Below are positions 1 to 8,654 of a stretch of DNA of 22,227 nt, in pieces. A program made the position numbers and the translations under genes. Numbering within the stretch: position 1 is the stretch's first letter; the number at the start of each line of letters is the position of its first letter. The stretch covers positions 23,395 to 45,621 of the forward strand of contig CAZEBC010000012.1 in assembly GCA_964510165.1 (NCBI GenBank). The letters run 5' to 3'. This stretch comes from an uncultured bacterium. Its GTDB lineage: Bacteria > Abyssobacteria > SURF-5. The notes beneath the pieces were generated by a model that was not told the DNA's origin, did no database searches, and worked only from the letters and a program-made list of their open reading frames with translations.

Positions 1-947
1 CTACCATTGCTCTGACTCAATGTCATTGCTTTCTTGGTATCCTTGGCGGCCTGGCGGTCACGGACGCCTTCGGTTGCCGTCATGCCGCGCAAGGCATCTC
101 CCTCCTCGCCGGATGACTCACCGGGAGTTCCCTGAGGAGCGAGGACCATGACCACCTCGAGTTTTTCGAAATCGGTTGCCGGGATAACCGTCGCCCAGTT
201 AAACAGGTCGCCGCTCTCTCTATTCAGTTCTCCAACTCTGCCCACGAGCAGCCCCTTGGGATACACGGCGCCGACGCCGGAGGTCATAATCACGTCTCCC
301 TCCACGATGTCCGCCGTCGGCTCGATGTACTTGAGCATGCAGCCGCCGTCATCTCCTTGGACAACGCTCTGAGCGCGGCTCCGTTGCGCCAGTACACCGA
401 CTTTTGAATCCATGTCCGTGAGCAGCAATACTCTGCTCTGACGGGAATAGGCTTTCACCACGTAACCGGCCAAACCCGAGGACGAAATCACCGGAGAGTC
501 CTCTTTCACGCCATGGGCCGTACCCTTGTCTATCGTCAAGGCTCTGGACCAGGGCCCCGGCTCGGTGCCGATCACGCGGGCAATCATCTTCGGGCCATTG
601 ATATATGCGGCGAACTCGGTCAATTCGGTGACCTGCCGTTGATGCAGGAGTTGTTCTTTAAGCTCAAGCACCTCTTGCTCGAGTTCGCCCACGCGCCTCT
701 TCAGGGCAACGTTCTGGGCTCTTGTCTTCAAGAGATCGGGCACGAGGAAGAGCAGATTGCGCGCGCCGTCTCGCGCGCCTTCGGAAGTCTTCTGGATGGG
801 GGATGCCAGGGTGAGGACCGTCTTGCCGGCGAACCGCTCTACCCATCGTCTGTGCACGCTATCGACGGTGAGCAGGATTGACAGAGTGAGCAGACCGACG
901 ACAACAATAGGTCGCCGATATTTCCACAAGAACTCGGAGAGGAACAA
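1..947 (-). CDS. mreC: Rod shape-determining protein MreC (partial; 3' end runs off the window)
   Basis: Translated by hand, absent from the ORF track. Probable TTG start at 947 after AAGAAGGTG. Reads LFLSEFLWKYRRPIVVVGLLTLSILLTV (TM), a coiled coil (ALKRRVGELEQEVLELKEQL), then ARVIG, LTIDKGTAHGV, GDVIMTSGVGAVYPKGLLVGRV, FEKLEVVMV. No stop before base 1. Directly downstream of mreB. Confidence 0.93.
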   Translation of the reverse strand, partial: MFLSEFLWKYRRPIVVVGLLTLSILLTVDSVHRRWVERFAGKTVLTLASPIQKTSEGARDGARNLLFLVPDLLKTRAQNVALKRRVGELEQEVLELKEQLLHQRQVTELTEFAAYINGPKMIARVIGTEPGPWSRALTIDKGTAHGVKEDSPVISSSGLAGYVVKAYSRQSRVLLLTDMDSKVGVLAQRSRAQSVVQGDDGGCMLKYIEPTADIVEGDVIMTSGVGAVYPKGLLVGRVGELNRESGDLFNWATVIPATDFEKLEVVMVLAPQGTPGESSGEEGDALRGMTATEGVRDRQAAKDTKKAMTLSQSNG

Positions 948-991
948 AAGCTGGACACCTTCTTCTCAGAGGCCTCGCACGCAAAATCCAT

Positions 992-1016
992 GTAGGGCAG
1001 GCCCTCGCGCCTGCCC
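992..1016. repeat. GTAG-headed perfect hairpin (REP-like) in the mreB-mreC spacer
   Basis: GTAG at 992-995 leads into GGGCAGGC (995-1002), a 6-nt loop and GCCTGCCC (1009-1016): an 8-bp perfect stem. Only one clean copy is in the window. Confidence 0.45.
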
Positions 1017-1122
1017 AATTGTGGGCGCAGACCCCCGCCCGCGCCTGCTCAACAGGCTCCCGCGTGTGCCCGACTTGCGGGCGCCCGCGGCGAGTTGTTC
1101 CTGCAAATCATTGCTTCGGGCT

Positions 1123-2172
<1,050 letters not shown>

Positions 2173-2225
2173 CTATTTGATATCTCGCCAAACTCAAAGC
2201 TCGTTATGGTGTGGGCAATTATGTG

Positions 2226-2254
2226 ATTCTACCATTTCGCGCCCGCAATGTCCA
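2226..2254 (-). promoter_or_regulatory. Putative sigma70 promoter of mreBC
   Basis: Minus strand: TGGACA-N17-TAGAAT with an extended -10 TG. Confidence 0.6.
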
Positions 2255-2291
2255 CAACACGCATTTCAAACTTCACCCGCGCGCTTCTGCG

Positions 2292-2321
2292 TTGTCACCC
2301 GCGGGCGCGTTCTGGTATAAT
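2292..2321 (+). promoter_or_regulatory. Putative sigma70 promoter of the pabB-like operon
   Basis: TTGTCA (2292-2297)-N18-TATAAT (2316-2321), with extended TGGTATAAT. Confidence 0.65.
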
Positions 2322-2394
2322 CATTACCGCTTGAACCCCTATGCACATGTAGGGCAAATTTCATGCCGTTTAACCTCTCCCATGAAAGCGGACT

Positions 2395-3882
2395 ATGCAC
2401 ACGAGAGTCTTGACCGGTATCCATAGTCTCGAGCCATCCCGTGTTCACCTGATCGAGCGCCCAGGCCTATCCCCCGTTGCCGTCTGTCGGCAGCCTCTGC
2501 CAAACCATCTTAAACCCAGGGATTTGCTGGGCGCGCTCGAGGGCAGAACTCACTTGTTCTTGCTCGAAAGCGCCGACGGCCCCCTGAAAATGGCCCGCTA
2601 TTCAATTGTCGGGTGCGACCCCGTTCTCAGCTTTCGCGCCAAGCGCTCGCAGTGCACGGTGACCGATTCAACCGGCGCGCGCACCTGGCGGGGAAGCCCC
2701 ATTGAAAGCCTTCGAGAGATATTGAAGCCTTACGCGGTTCCGAGACGGCAATTTTTGCCCGTGTTCTTCGGGGGCGCCGTCGGGTTATTCTCTTACGACA
2801 TGAAAAATTATTTCGAAGTATTGCCCGATGCCGCCACTGATGATCTGGACCTGCCCGACTGCTACAGCGTGCTGGTGGACACCGTCGTCGTGTTCGATAA
2901 GAAAGAAGGCACGGCCGAGATCATTGCCAGCGAGTTTCACTCCGATAACCCTTCGGTCTCACAAGTCAAAGCCGAGGCGAAGGCGATGGCGATGCTCCAG
3001 AAGATCAATGCCGGTCTGGCTCGCCCATTCGAGGCCAGGCAGATCAGGTTCGGAGAGGTAACTTCGACCCACACACCGGAAAAATATTCCGAGATGGTCG
3101 AGCGAGCAAGAGAATACATTGCGGCGGGCGACATCTTCCAGGCGAACCTCTCGCAGCGGCTGTGCTCGCGGTTCCAGGGAAGCCCAGTCGAACTCTACAT
3201 GAGGTTGTCCCAGATAAATCCGTCTCCGTTTGCGTTCTATTTCGACCTTGGCGATTTCCAGCTCGTGAGTTGTTCGCCCGAAAGGCTCATCTTGCTCAAC
3301 GACCGCAGCGTGGAAACCAGGCCTATTGCGGGCACCCGGCCGCGCGGGCGGACCGAGGCCGAAGACCTGAGGCTGCGCGACGAACTGATCCTCCATCCGA
3401 AAGAACGCGCCGAGCATATCATGATTGTCGACATGTCCCGAAACGATATCGGCCGCGTGTGCAAGTGCGGGTCTGTGAGACCGGACGAACTGATGGTCAT
3501 CGAGCAGTACTCCCACGTGTTCCACATCGTCTCGAACATCGTGGGCACCCTTGTTCCTGGCAAGGACTGCTTCGACCTGCTCGCGGCGGTGTTCCCCGGA
3601 GCCAGCATTACGGGTGTGCCGAAGATCAGGTGCATGGAGATAATAGACGAACTCGAGGCCGTCCGGCGCGGCCCCTACACCGGCTCGCTCGGATGGATTT
3701 CATTCTGCGGCGACATGGACCTCAACATCATCATTCGCACCTTCGTCATCAAGGACGGTCACGCTTACATCCAGGTGGGAGGCGGAATCGTGGCCGATTC
3801 CGAGCCGGAACGCGAATATCATGAGAGTCTGAGCAAAGCGCAGGCGCTGGTCGAAGCGCTGAAGACCGGGGAGCGAATGTGA
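2395..3882 (+). CDS. pabB: Chorismate-binding synthase component I (aminodeoxychorismate synthase PabB / anthranilate synthase TrpE family)
   Basis: FLLESA, RYSIVG, GGAVGLFSYD, AGDIFQANLSQR, NPSPF, SCSPER, PIAGTRPRG, KERAEHIMIVDMSRND, FPGASITGVPKIR, RGPYTG, GGGIVADS. The family is secure. PabB rather than TrpE is inferred from the coupled class IV PLP gene. Confidence 0.8.
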   Translation: MHTRVLTGIHSLEPSRVHLIERPGLSPVAVCRQPLPNHLKPRDLLGALEGRTHLFLLESADGPLKMARYSIVGCDPVLSFRAKRSQCTVTDSTGARTWRGSPIESLREILKPYAVPRRQFLPVFFGGAVGLFSYDMKNYFEVLPDAATDDLDLPDCYSVLVDTVVVFDKKEGTAEIIASEFHSDNPSVSQVKAEAKAMAMLQKINAGLARPFEARQIRFGEVTSTHTPEKYSEMVERAREYIAAGDIFQANLSQRLCSRFQGSPVELYMRLSQINPSPFAFYFDLGDFQLVSCSPERLILLNDRSVETRPIAGTRPRGRTEAEDLRLRDELILHPKERAEHIMIVDMSRNDIGRVCKCGSVRPDELMVIEQYSHVFHIVSNIVGTLVPGKDCFDLLAAVFPGASITGVPKIRCMEIIDELEAVRRGPYTGSLGWISFCGDMDLNIIIRTFVIKDGHAYIQVGGGIVADSEPEREYHESLSKAQALVEALKTGERM

Positions 3883-4736
3883 AGGACCTGGTCTATCTCA
3901 ACGGACGGTTTATCCCGAGCGCCGACGCTCGCATTTCCATCTTCGACAGGGGATTCCTGTACGGCGATGGCGTCTTCGAGACGATGCGCGCGTACGACGG
4001 CCGCATCTTCAGGCTCGATGAACATATGGAGCGCCTGGCGCGGTCAGCCGAAATAATCGGCTTGAACCTGCCGGGCGGGCCGGAACGCTGCGCCGACATC
4101 TGCCGCCAGCTTCTCCTGCGCAATGAGGCGCGCGACGCGCTGCTCAGGCTGAGCGTGACGCGCGGCGAGGCCATCGGCGGAATAGGAATCAAGCGCGCGG
4201 CTGAACCGACCGTGATTGCCCACGTGAGGCCGCCAATGCCGCTCCCCGACGATGCATACCGCAACGGAGTCAGAGCGAAGATCGTCTCGATCAGGCGCAT
4301 CCCCTCAACCTCGCTCAATCCGCACATGAAATCCATGAATTTCCTCAATCAAATCCTGGCGCGGGCGGAAGCCGAAGCGTGCTGCGCCTATGACTCGATC
4401 ATGCTGAACCAGGCCGGACTCATAGCCGAAACCAGCACGGCGAACGTCTTCTTCGCGCGGGATCGCATGCTCTCTACACCCTCCCCCGATTGCGACATCT
4501 TATTAGGGATCACGAGGGCCACAGTGCTCGAACTGGCCGCCAAAACGGGAATTCGGTGTGAAGAGCGAGCGATCAAACCTTCCGAAATCGGCGCCTTCCA
4601 GGAGTGCTTTCTCACCAGCACGGGAATCGAGCTGCTTCCGGTCACCAGGATCAATGATTCCGAAGTGGGCGGCGGCGTGCCGGGCCCCCTGTATGAACGA
4701 CTGCATTCCGCATACCGCGAGCTTGTAATGGCATGA
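3879..4736 (+). CDS. PLP-dependent aminotransferase class IV (aminodeoxychorismate lyase PabC-like / IlvE-Dat family)
   Basis: DRGFLYGDGVFETMR, H.ERL.RSA, PLP-lysine region HMKSMNFL, ETSTANVF, LLGITR, ECFLTSTG. GTGA overlap with the upstream stop. Confidence 0.85.
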   Translation: MKDLVYLNGRFIPSADARISIFDRGFLYGDGVFETMRAYDGRIFRLDEHMERLARSAEIIGLNLPGGPERCADICRQLLLRNEARDALLRLSVTRGEAIGGIGIKRAAEPTVIAHVRPPMPLPDDAYRNGVRAKIVSIRRIPSTSLNPHMKSMNFLNQILARAEAEACCAYDSIMLNQAGLIAETSTANVFFARDRMLSTPSPDCDILLGITRATVLELAAKTGIRCEERAIKPSEIGAFQECFLTSTGIELLPVTRINDSEVGGGVPGPLYERLHSAYRELVMA

Positions 4737-5233
4737 TTGAGATGGACCTCAGCCGCGATGTCACGTTCGAAGACCTCTCGGTGGACCACCTGTCGGACGT
4801 GCTCGAAATCGAACGCCTCAGCTTCAAGACGCCGTGGAGCAAGTTCGCGTTCATACACGAGATCGAGTTCGAGAAATCGGTGTTCAAGGTCCTGAAGCTC
4901 AAGGGCAGGCTCGTGGGATACGGCGGCTTCTGGCACATTCTTGACGAAATACACATCTCCAATATCGCGATCCATCCGGACTATCGGAGGCGCGGCCTCG
5001 GCAAGATGCTTCTCACCCATCTGCTCGAAGAAGCCGTCGCCAGGGGCGCCGCAAAGGCTTCTCTCGAGGTCCGCCGCTCGAACACCGCGGCCCGGCACAT
5101 GTACGAGAAGCTCGGTTTCAAGGTGGTGACCGTCAGGAAGAATTATTATGTGCCCGAGGGTGAGGATGCCCTCGTCATGTGGAACGATGACATCCGCTCC
5201 GCGTTGTCTACAATAAGCGAAAACATCGTGTAA
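4733..5233 (+). CDS. rimI: Ribosomal-protein-alanine N-acetyltransferase RimI (GNAT)
   Basis: IERLSFKTPWS, DEIHISNIAIHPDYRRRGLG, LEVRRSN..A..MYEKLGF, RKNYY...EDALVM. ATGA overlap. Confidence 0.92.
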   Translation: MIEMDLSRDVTFEDLSVDHLSDVLEIERLSFKTPWSKFAFIHEIEFEKSVFKVLKLKGRLVGYGGFWHILDEIHISNIAIHPDYRRRGLGKMLLTHLLEEAVARGAAKASLEVRRSNTAARHMYEKLGFKVVTVRKNYYVPEGEDALVMWNDDIRSALSTISENIV

Positions 5234-5919
5234 TGATGGACGCGACCCCATTTGCTGAGCGTAACTTCCGCGCGCTCGAAACCATTTATCGCTTCTATCA
5301 AGATATCGCTGAATCCCTCGGTCCGTGGGCCTGCAATTCCGGATGCTCCGAGTGCTGCACCGCGTTGGCCTCGTTGACCTCGCTGGAGGCGGCCCACATG
5401 TGGGGTATGTATGCGACGACCCTTAATCAGCGCATACAGGCATGGCCCGACCCTGGCTCCCTGGCGCCGCTCGCCGTGACTGCGAATGAACTTGCGGGAC
5501 AATGCCTCCTGAAAGAAGAAACAGAACAGCAAGCGGAACCATCTTCACCGTATCCCTGCCCCCTCTTGTCCGACGGGCGATGCCTGTGTTACGAGGCTCG
5601 GCCGCTTATGTGTCGAGTGCTGTACTCGTCGGTCCGATGCGCGGAGAGCGGCTACGCCCAGATGCCCCCGCAATTGCTCTCGTTAAGCACGGTCTGTCTG
5701 CAGCTTGTCGAGAACTTGGACCGCGCAGGCTGTTCGGGGTATCTTGTCCACGTGTTGCCGCTCTTTTCAGACCGACGGTTCTTCGACGCATACCGGGAAC
5801 ACCGGCCATTATCAGCGACCAGAGTTGTGCGACCGAACGCGCCAAATCCCGGCTTGCTTGTGCCGCCGGAGCACCAAGGACAGATACGGGCATGGCTGCG
5901 GCGTCTGCATGAACTGTAG
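5233..5919 (+). CDS. YkgJ/UPF0153-like cysteine-cluster (CxxxCxxCC) putative Zn/Fe-S protein
   Basis: ACNSGCSECC, CPLLSDGRCLCYEARPLMCR. TAATG overlap with rimI. Confidence 0.8.
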   Translation: MMDATPFAERNFRALETIYRFYQDIAESLGPWACNSGCSECCTALASLTSLEAAHMWGMYATTLNQRIQAWPDPGSLAPLAVTANELAGQCLLKEETEQQAEPSSPYPCPLLSDGRCLCYEARPLMCRVLYSSVRCAESGYAQMPPQLLSLSTVCLQLVENLDRAGCSGYLVHVLPLFSDRRFFDAYREHRPLSATRVVRPNAPNPGLLVPPEHQGQIRAWLRRLHEL

Positions 5920-5954
5920 GAATTTCGGGGAATACGCGTTCACCTCGGTCCTAG

Positions 5955-5983
5955 TTGACTTAATCGGTCGGATATGTTATCAT
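5955..5983 (+). promoter_or_regulatory. Putative sigma70 promoter upstream of the structured leader and cytochrome operon
   Basis: TTGACT (5955-5960)-N17-TATCAT (5978-5983) with an extended -10 TG. Confidence 0.7.
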
Positions 5984-6012
5984 TGCGCCACGGATAGATT
6001 TCAATATAGTGA

Positions 6013-6168
6013 GTTCCGGCGCATACCCATATGCTGGCTGGAACAAAGGAGGATACGACCGGCACGAATTCCACCTCTCCGTCCACCCGGCCGTGGTAAC
6101 TAAGTCCTCCTCCTCAGACATGAACGGGGGACAGCGCTCGCAAAAGGCTCTCTCCGTTCCCTGTTTGT
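6013..6168 (+). ncRNA. Candidate structured leader RNA or sRNA (three hairpins, the last terminator-like); no family recognised
   Basis: Hand-paired stems: 6013-6025/6030-6044, 6048-6062/6087-6110, and 6122-6130/6151-6159 followed by CCTGTTTG. Lies just downstream of a good promoter. Confidence 0.4.
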
Positions 6169-6262
6169 GCTCATCCACCCCGAGAGTGTCCCAAAAGATA
6201 AAATAATGACAAAATGAAACTGTTATCATACTGCGACAAGAAAAACACGCGAGGGCTCTGCC

Positions 6263-7411
6263 ATGCACAGGTTGGCGCTGTTGAGTGTTGCTGCGATTAT
6301 TGTGGGCCTCACCTCACCGCTCTCGGGGCAGATTCAGATAGCGAGCGAACCCGGTGACACGGTTGAATTCTCATCAAGCGCAACCTGCGCGAAATGTCAC
6401 AGGGACATCTACAAATATTGGAAGGATTCGCTGCACGCCAAGGCTCTGGAAGACTACATCTTTGATGCTGCCTTCATGATGGCGCTCAAGCAGAGAGGCG
6501 AGCAGGCCAGGGCACTTTGTCTGGGCTGTCATTCGCCCACGACCCGCGTAACCGGCGATGTCATGCTTCAACGGGCGATATCCGCCGAAGCCATCACGTG
6601 CGATTTCTGTCATCGGGTCAAGTCGGTCTCACTCGAGGGAGGCCAAAACAAGGTAGTTCTCACATCTGGCAGCGAAAAATATGGTCCGCTTGAGCCGGGT
6701 CTCAGCGCCGATTCGCACCCCTCTGTCCAATCCGACCTGTTCGCTAAATCGGAGATGTGCGCCGCGTGTCATCAATGGTCCAACTCTCACGGAATAGCGA
6801 TATTCAATACATATCGGGAGTGGCTCGACAGTCCGTTTCCGGCCAAACAGACGCATTGCCAGGACTGCCACATGCCGCTTGTAGAGGGGACTCTTGTCGC
6901 GGATAAACCGAAAGGGAAGGGCGAGCTGATTAACTCCCACAATCTTGCCGGAGGCCATTCGATAGAACAGGTCTCCGCCGCCGCGACCGTGCGAATCGCG
7001 TCCGTCACCGAAGTGCCGGCTGGACTGCGGGCCGTCGTCGAGGTGAGCAACGTCGGCTCCGGTCACATGATCCCGACCGGCATCCCATCACGCGAACTGG
7101 TGCTTCAGGTCCAGCTTGTAGACCAGAGGGGCATCGTTCTTGAGACTCGCGAGCATATCTTCAAGCGAGTCATCACGGATGATGAACATAATGAACTCAT
7201 GACCGACGCAGATATCATACTGAACGGCGCATCGGTGTCCAAGGACAATCGAATACCGCCCGGCGGTTCCGTTCAGGTCCCGTTCAGTCTGGCGGCGGCC
7301 CACGGCAGGAAATACACAGTTCGGGCGGCGCTCCGTTACCGGTACAGGCCGCTCGTCATCAAGGAAGAGGAGATTTCCATAGAGATGGGCTCTGAATCGA
7401 GGCGTCCGTGA
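6263..7411 (+). CDS. Exported pentaheme cytochrome c (c554-like heme region plus heme-free C-terminal domain)
   Basis: N-terminal signal peptide. Five CxxCH motifs: CAKCH, CLGCH, CDFCH, CAACH, CQDCH. C-terminal part contains NVGSGHMIPTG and DNRIPP. Confidence 0.9.
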   Translation: MHRLALLSVAAIIVGLTSPLSGQIQIASEPGDTVEFSSSATCAKCHRDIYKYWKDSLHAKALEDYIFDAAFMMALKQRGEQARALCLGCHSPTTRVTGDVMLQRAISAEAITCDFCHRVKSVSLEGGQNKVVLTSGSEKYGPLEPGLSADSHPSVQSDLFAKSEMCAACHQWSNSHGIAIFNTYREWLDSPFPAKQTHCQDCHMPLVEGTLVADKPKGKGELINSHNLAGGHSIEQVSAAATVRIASVTEVPAGLRAVVEVSNVGSGHMIPTGIPSRELVLQVQLVDQRGIVLETREHIFKRVITDDEHNELMTDADIILNGASVSKDNRIPPGGSVQVPFSLAAAHGRKYTVRAALRYRYRPLVIKEEEISIEMGSESRRP

Positions 7412-7431
7412 CTCTTAAAGGAGGAATTGAA

Positions 7432-7881
7432 TTGGCGGAGGAAACCAGCAACGGGAAATCCCGGCGTTCCTTTCTGAACTATTGCATCGGAGCGAGTTCG
7501 CTCACGTTTTTCGCATTTGTCGGCTATATGGTTGGCAAGTACATGTTCCCGCCCGGCGTGCTCAGCGCCGAGACCGAAACGGGGACGGCCCGGCTTGCGC
7601 TCTCGGAACTGCCGGTAGGCAGCGCGAAAGTAATGCGCTACAAGGGCGAGCCTGCCATAGTCGTCCGCACAGGCGACAGGACGATCCGCGCCCTCTCCGC
7701 CGTGTGCACGCATCTGGGCTGCATCGTGAAATGGGACAGCGCCAAGAACATGTTGGTATGCCCTTGCCATGCCGCCTTGTTCGATCTCAATGGCAACGTC
7801 GTCGGGGGACCGGCCCCCAGGCCTCTCGCCAGCTTTCCGGCCAAAATCGCGGGTGATGAAGTCGTAGTAGGAGAGGCGTAA
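7432..7881 (+). CDS. petC: Rieske 2Fe-2S subunit of a Rieske/cytochrome b complex
   Basis: Twin-arginine SRRSFL plus TM helix, CTHLGC, CPCH, GPAPRPL. Start moved from 7408 to the in-frame TTG at 7432, which follows AAAGGAGGA. Confidence 0.93.
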   Translation: MAEETSNGKSRRSFLNYCIGASSLTFFAFVGYMVGKYMFPPGVLSAETETGTARLALSELPVGSAKVMRYKGEPAIVVRTGDRTIRALSAVCTHLGCIVKWDSAKNMLVCPCHAALFDLNGNVVGGPAPRPLASFPAKIAGDEVVVGEA

Positions 7882-7884
7882 CAC

Positions 7885-8628
7885 ATGGAGACGCGAGATA
7901 AGCGAACCACAGAAGAACAAGAGAAGATGAGTTTCGAGCAGCGCTCCGGACTGCGGGAGCTGTTCGAGCTGTTTTCACTCACTGGCTTTGTCTATGGCCC
8001 CCTTGACCAGCGGCTCGGTATCCGTGACGCGCTCGAGAAGAATCTGAAGAAGCCCGTCCCGCACCACGTCAATTGGCTGTTCTGTTTCGGCGGCCTGTCG
8101 CTCTTTCTGTTCATCATCCAGGCCGTGACCGGCGTGCTGCTGCTCATGTATTACCGGCCGACCATAGCCGAAGCGTACAAGAGCGTGGTGTTCATCACCA
8201 ACAACGTGCCTTTCGGCTGGCTCGTCAGAGGGCTGCATCACTGGGCCGCCAATCTGATGATAGTCATGGTGTTTCTCCACATGGCCCGCGTGTTCTTCTA
8301 CGGCGCGTACAAACCGCCGCGCGATTTCAACTGGGTGACCGGCGTCATATTGCTGATGCTCACGCTCGGGTTCGGGTTTACCGGTTACCTGCTTCCCTGG
8401 AATCAGATATCTTATTGGGCGACCACGGTGGGAACAGAGGCCCCCGGCGCAGTGCCGGTCATCGGAGGATACCTGACGATGCTAATACGAGGCGGGCAGG
8501 AGGTGGGCCAGACCACGCTCACCCGCTTCTTTGCCGTGCATGTCGTCATTCTGCCGCTTTTCATCAGCTTCTTCCTGCTCGGACACTTTTTCATGATCCG
8601 AAAACAGGGTATAGCGGGGCCGCTGTAA
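7885..8628 (+). CDS. petB: Cytochrome b6-type subunit (N-terminal half of a split cytochrome b)
   Basis: VNWLFCFGG (heme ci Cys position), LHHWAANLM...LHMARVF, TGYLLPWNQISYWA, H-x14-H in helix D, b6-like C-terminus IRKQGIAGPL. Confidence 0.95.
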   Translation: METRDKRTTEEQEKMSFEQRSGLRELFELFSLTGFVYGPLDQRLGIRDALEKNLKKPVPHHVNWLFCFGGLSLFLFIIQAVTGVLLLMYYRPTIAEAYKSVVFITNNVPFGWLVRGLHHWAANLMIVMVFLHMARVFFYGAYKPPRDFNWVTGVILLMLTLGFGFTGYLLPWNQISYWATTVGTEAPGAVPVIGGYLTMLIRGGQEVGQTTLTRFFAVHVVILPLFISFFLLGHFFMIRKQGIAGPL

Positions 8629-8654
8629 TTACCGCTTCTTTGGAGGAGAGAGCC

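Noticed and set aside
2346-2356. CATGTAGGGCA, identical to 989-999
   Set aside because: No palindrome follows this copy, and a single 11-bp match in 22 kb can arise by chance.
6013-6168. Match to TPP, c-di-GMP-I, T-box or 6S RNA
   Set aside because: Only fragments (ATACCC, GCAAAA) are present; the full consensus elements are not recognisable by eye.
5960-6268. Small ORFs in the leader (6009-6206 plus, 5960-6268 minus)
   Set aside because: No RBS at their starts and no protein-like features; the strong SD at 6045-6052 has no start codon after it. A leader peptide cannot be fully excluded without ribosome profiling.
7409-7411. TGA of the pentaheme gene as a possible selenocysteine codon
   Set aside because: It falls at a plausible protein end, directly before the RBS and start of the Rieske gene, and I found no convincing SECIS-like hairpin.
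8073-8654. Apparent 194-aa N-terminal extension of subunit IV, or a frameshift fusion with cytochrome b
   Set aside because: An off-frame overlap with petB. petB ends with the normal b6 terminus (GIAGPL-stop) and subunit IV has its own GGAGGAG RBS and ATG at 8655, so the split is genuine.
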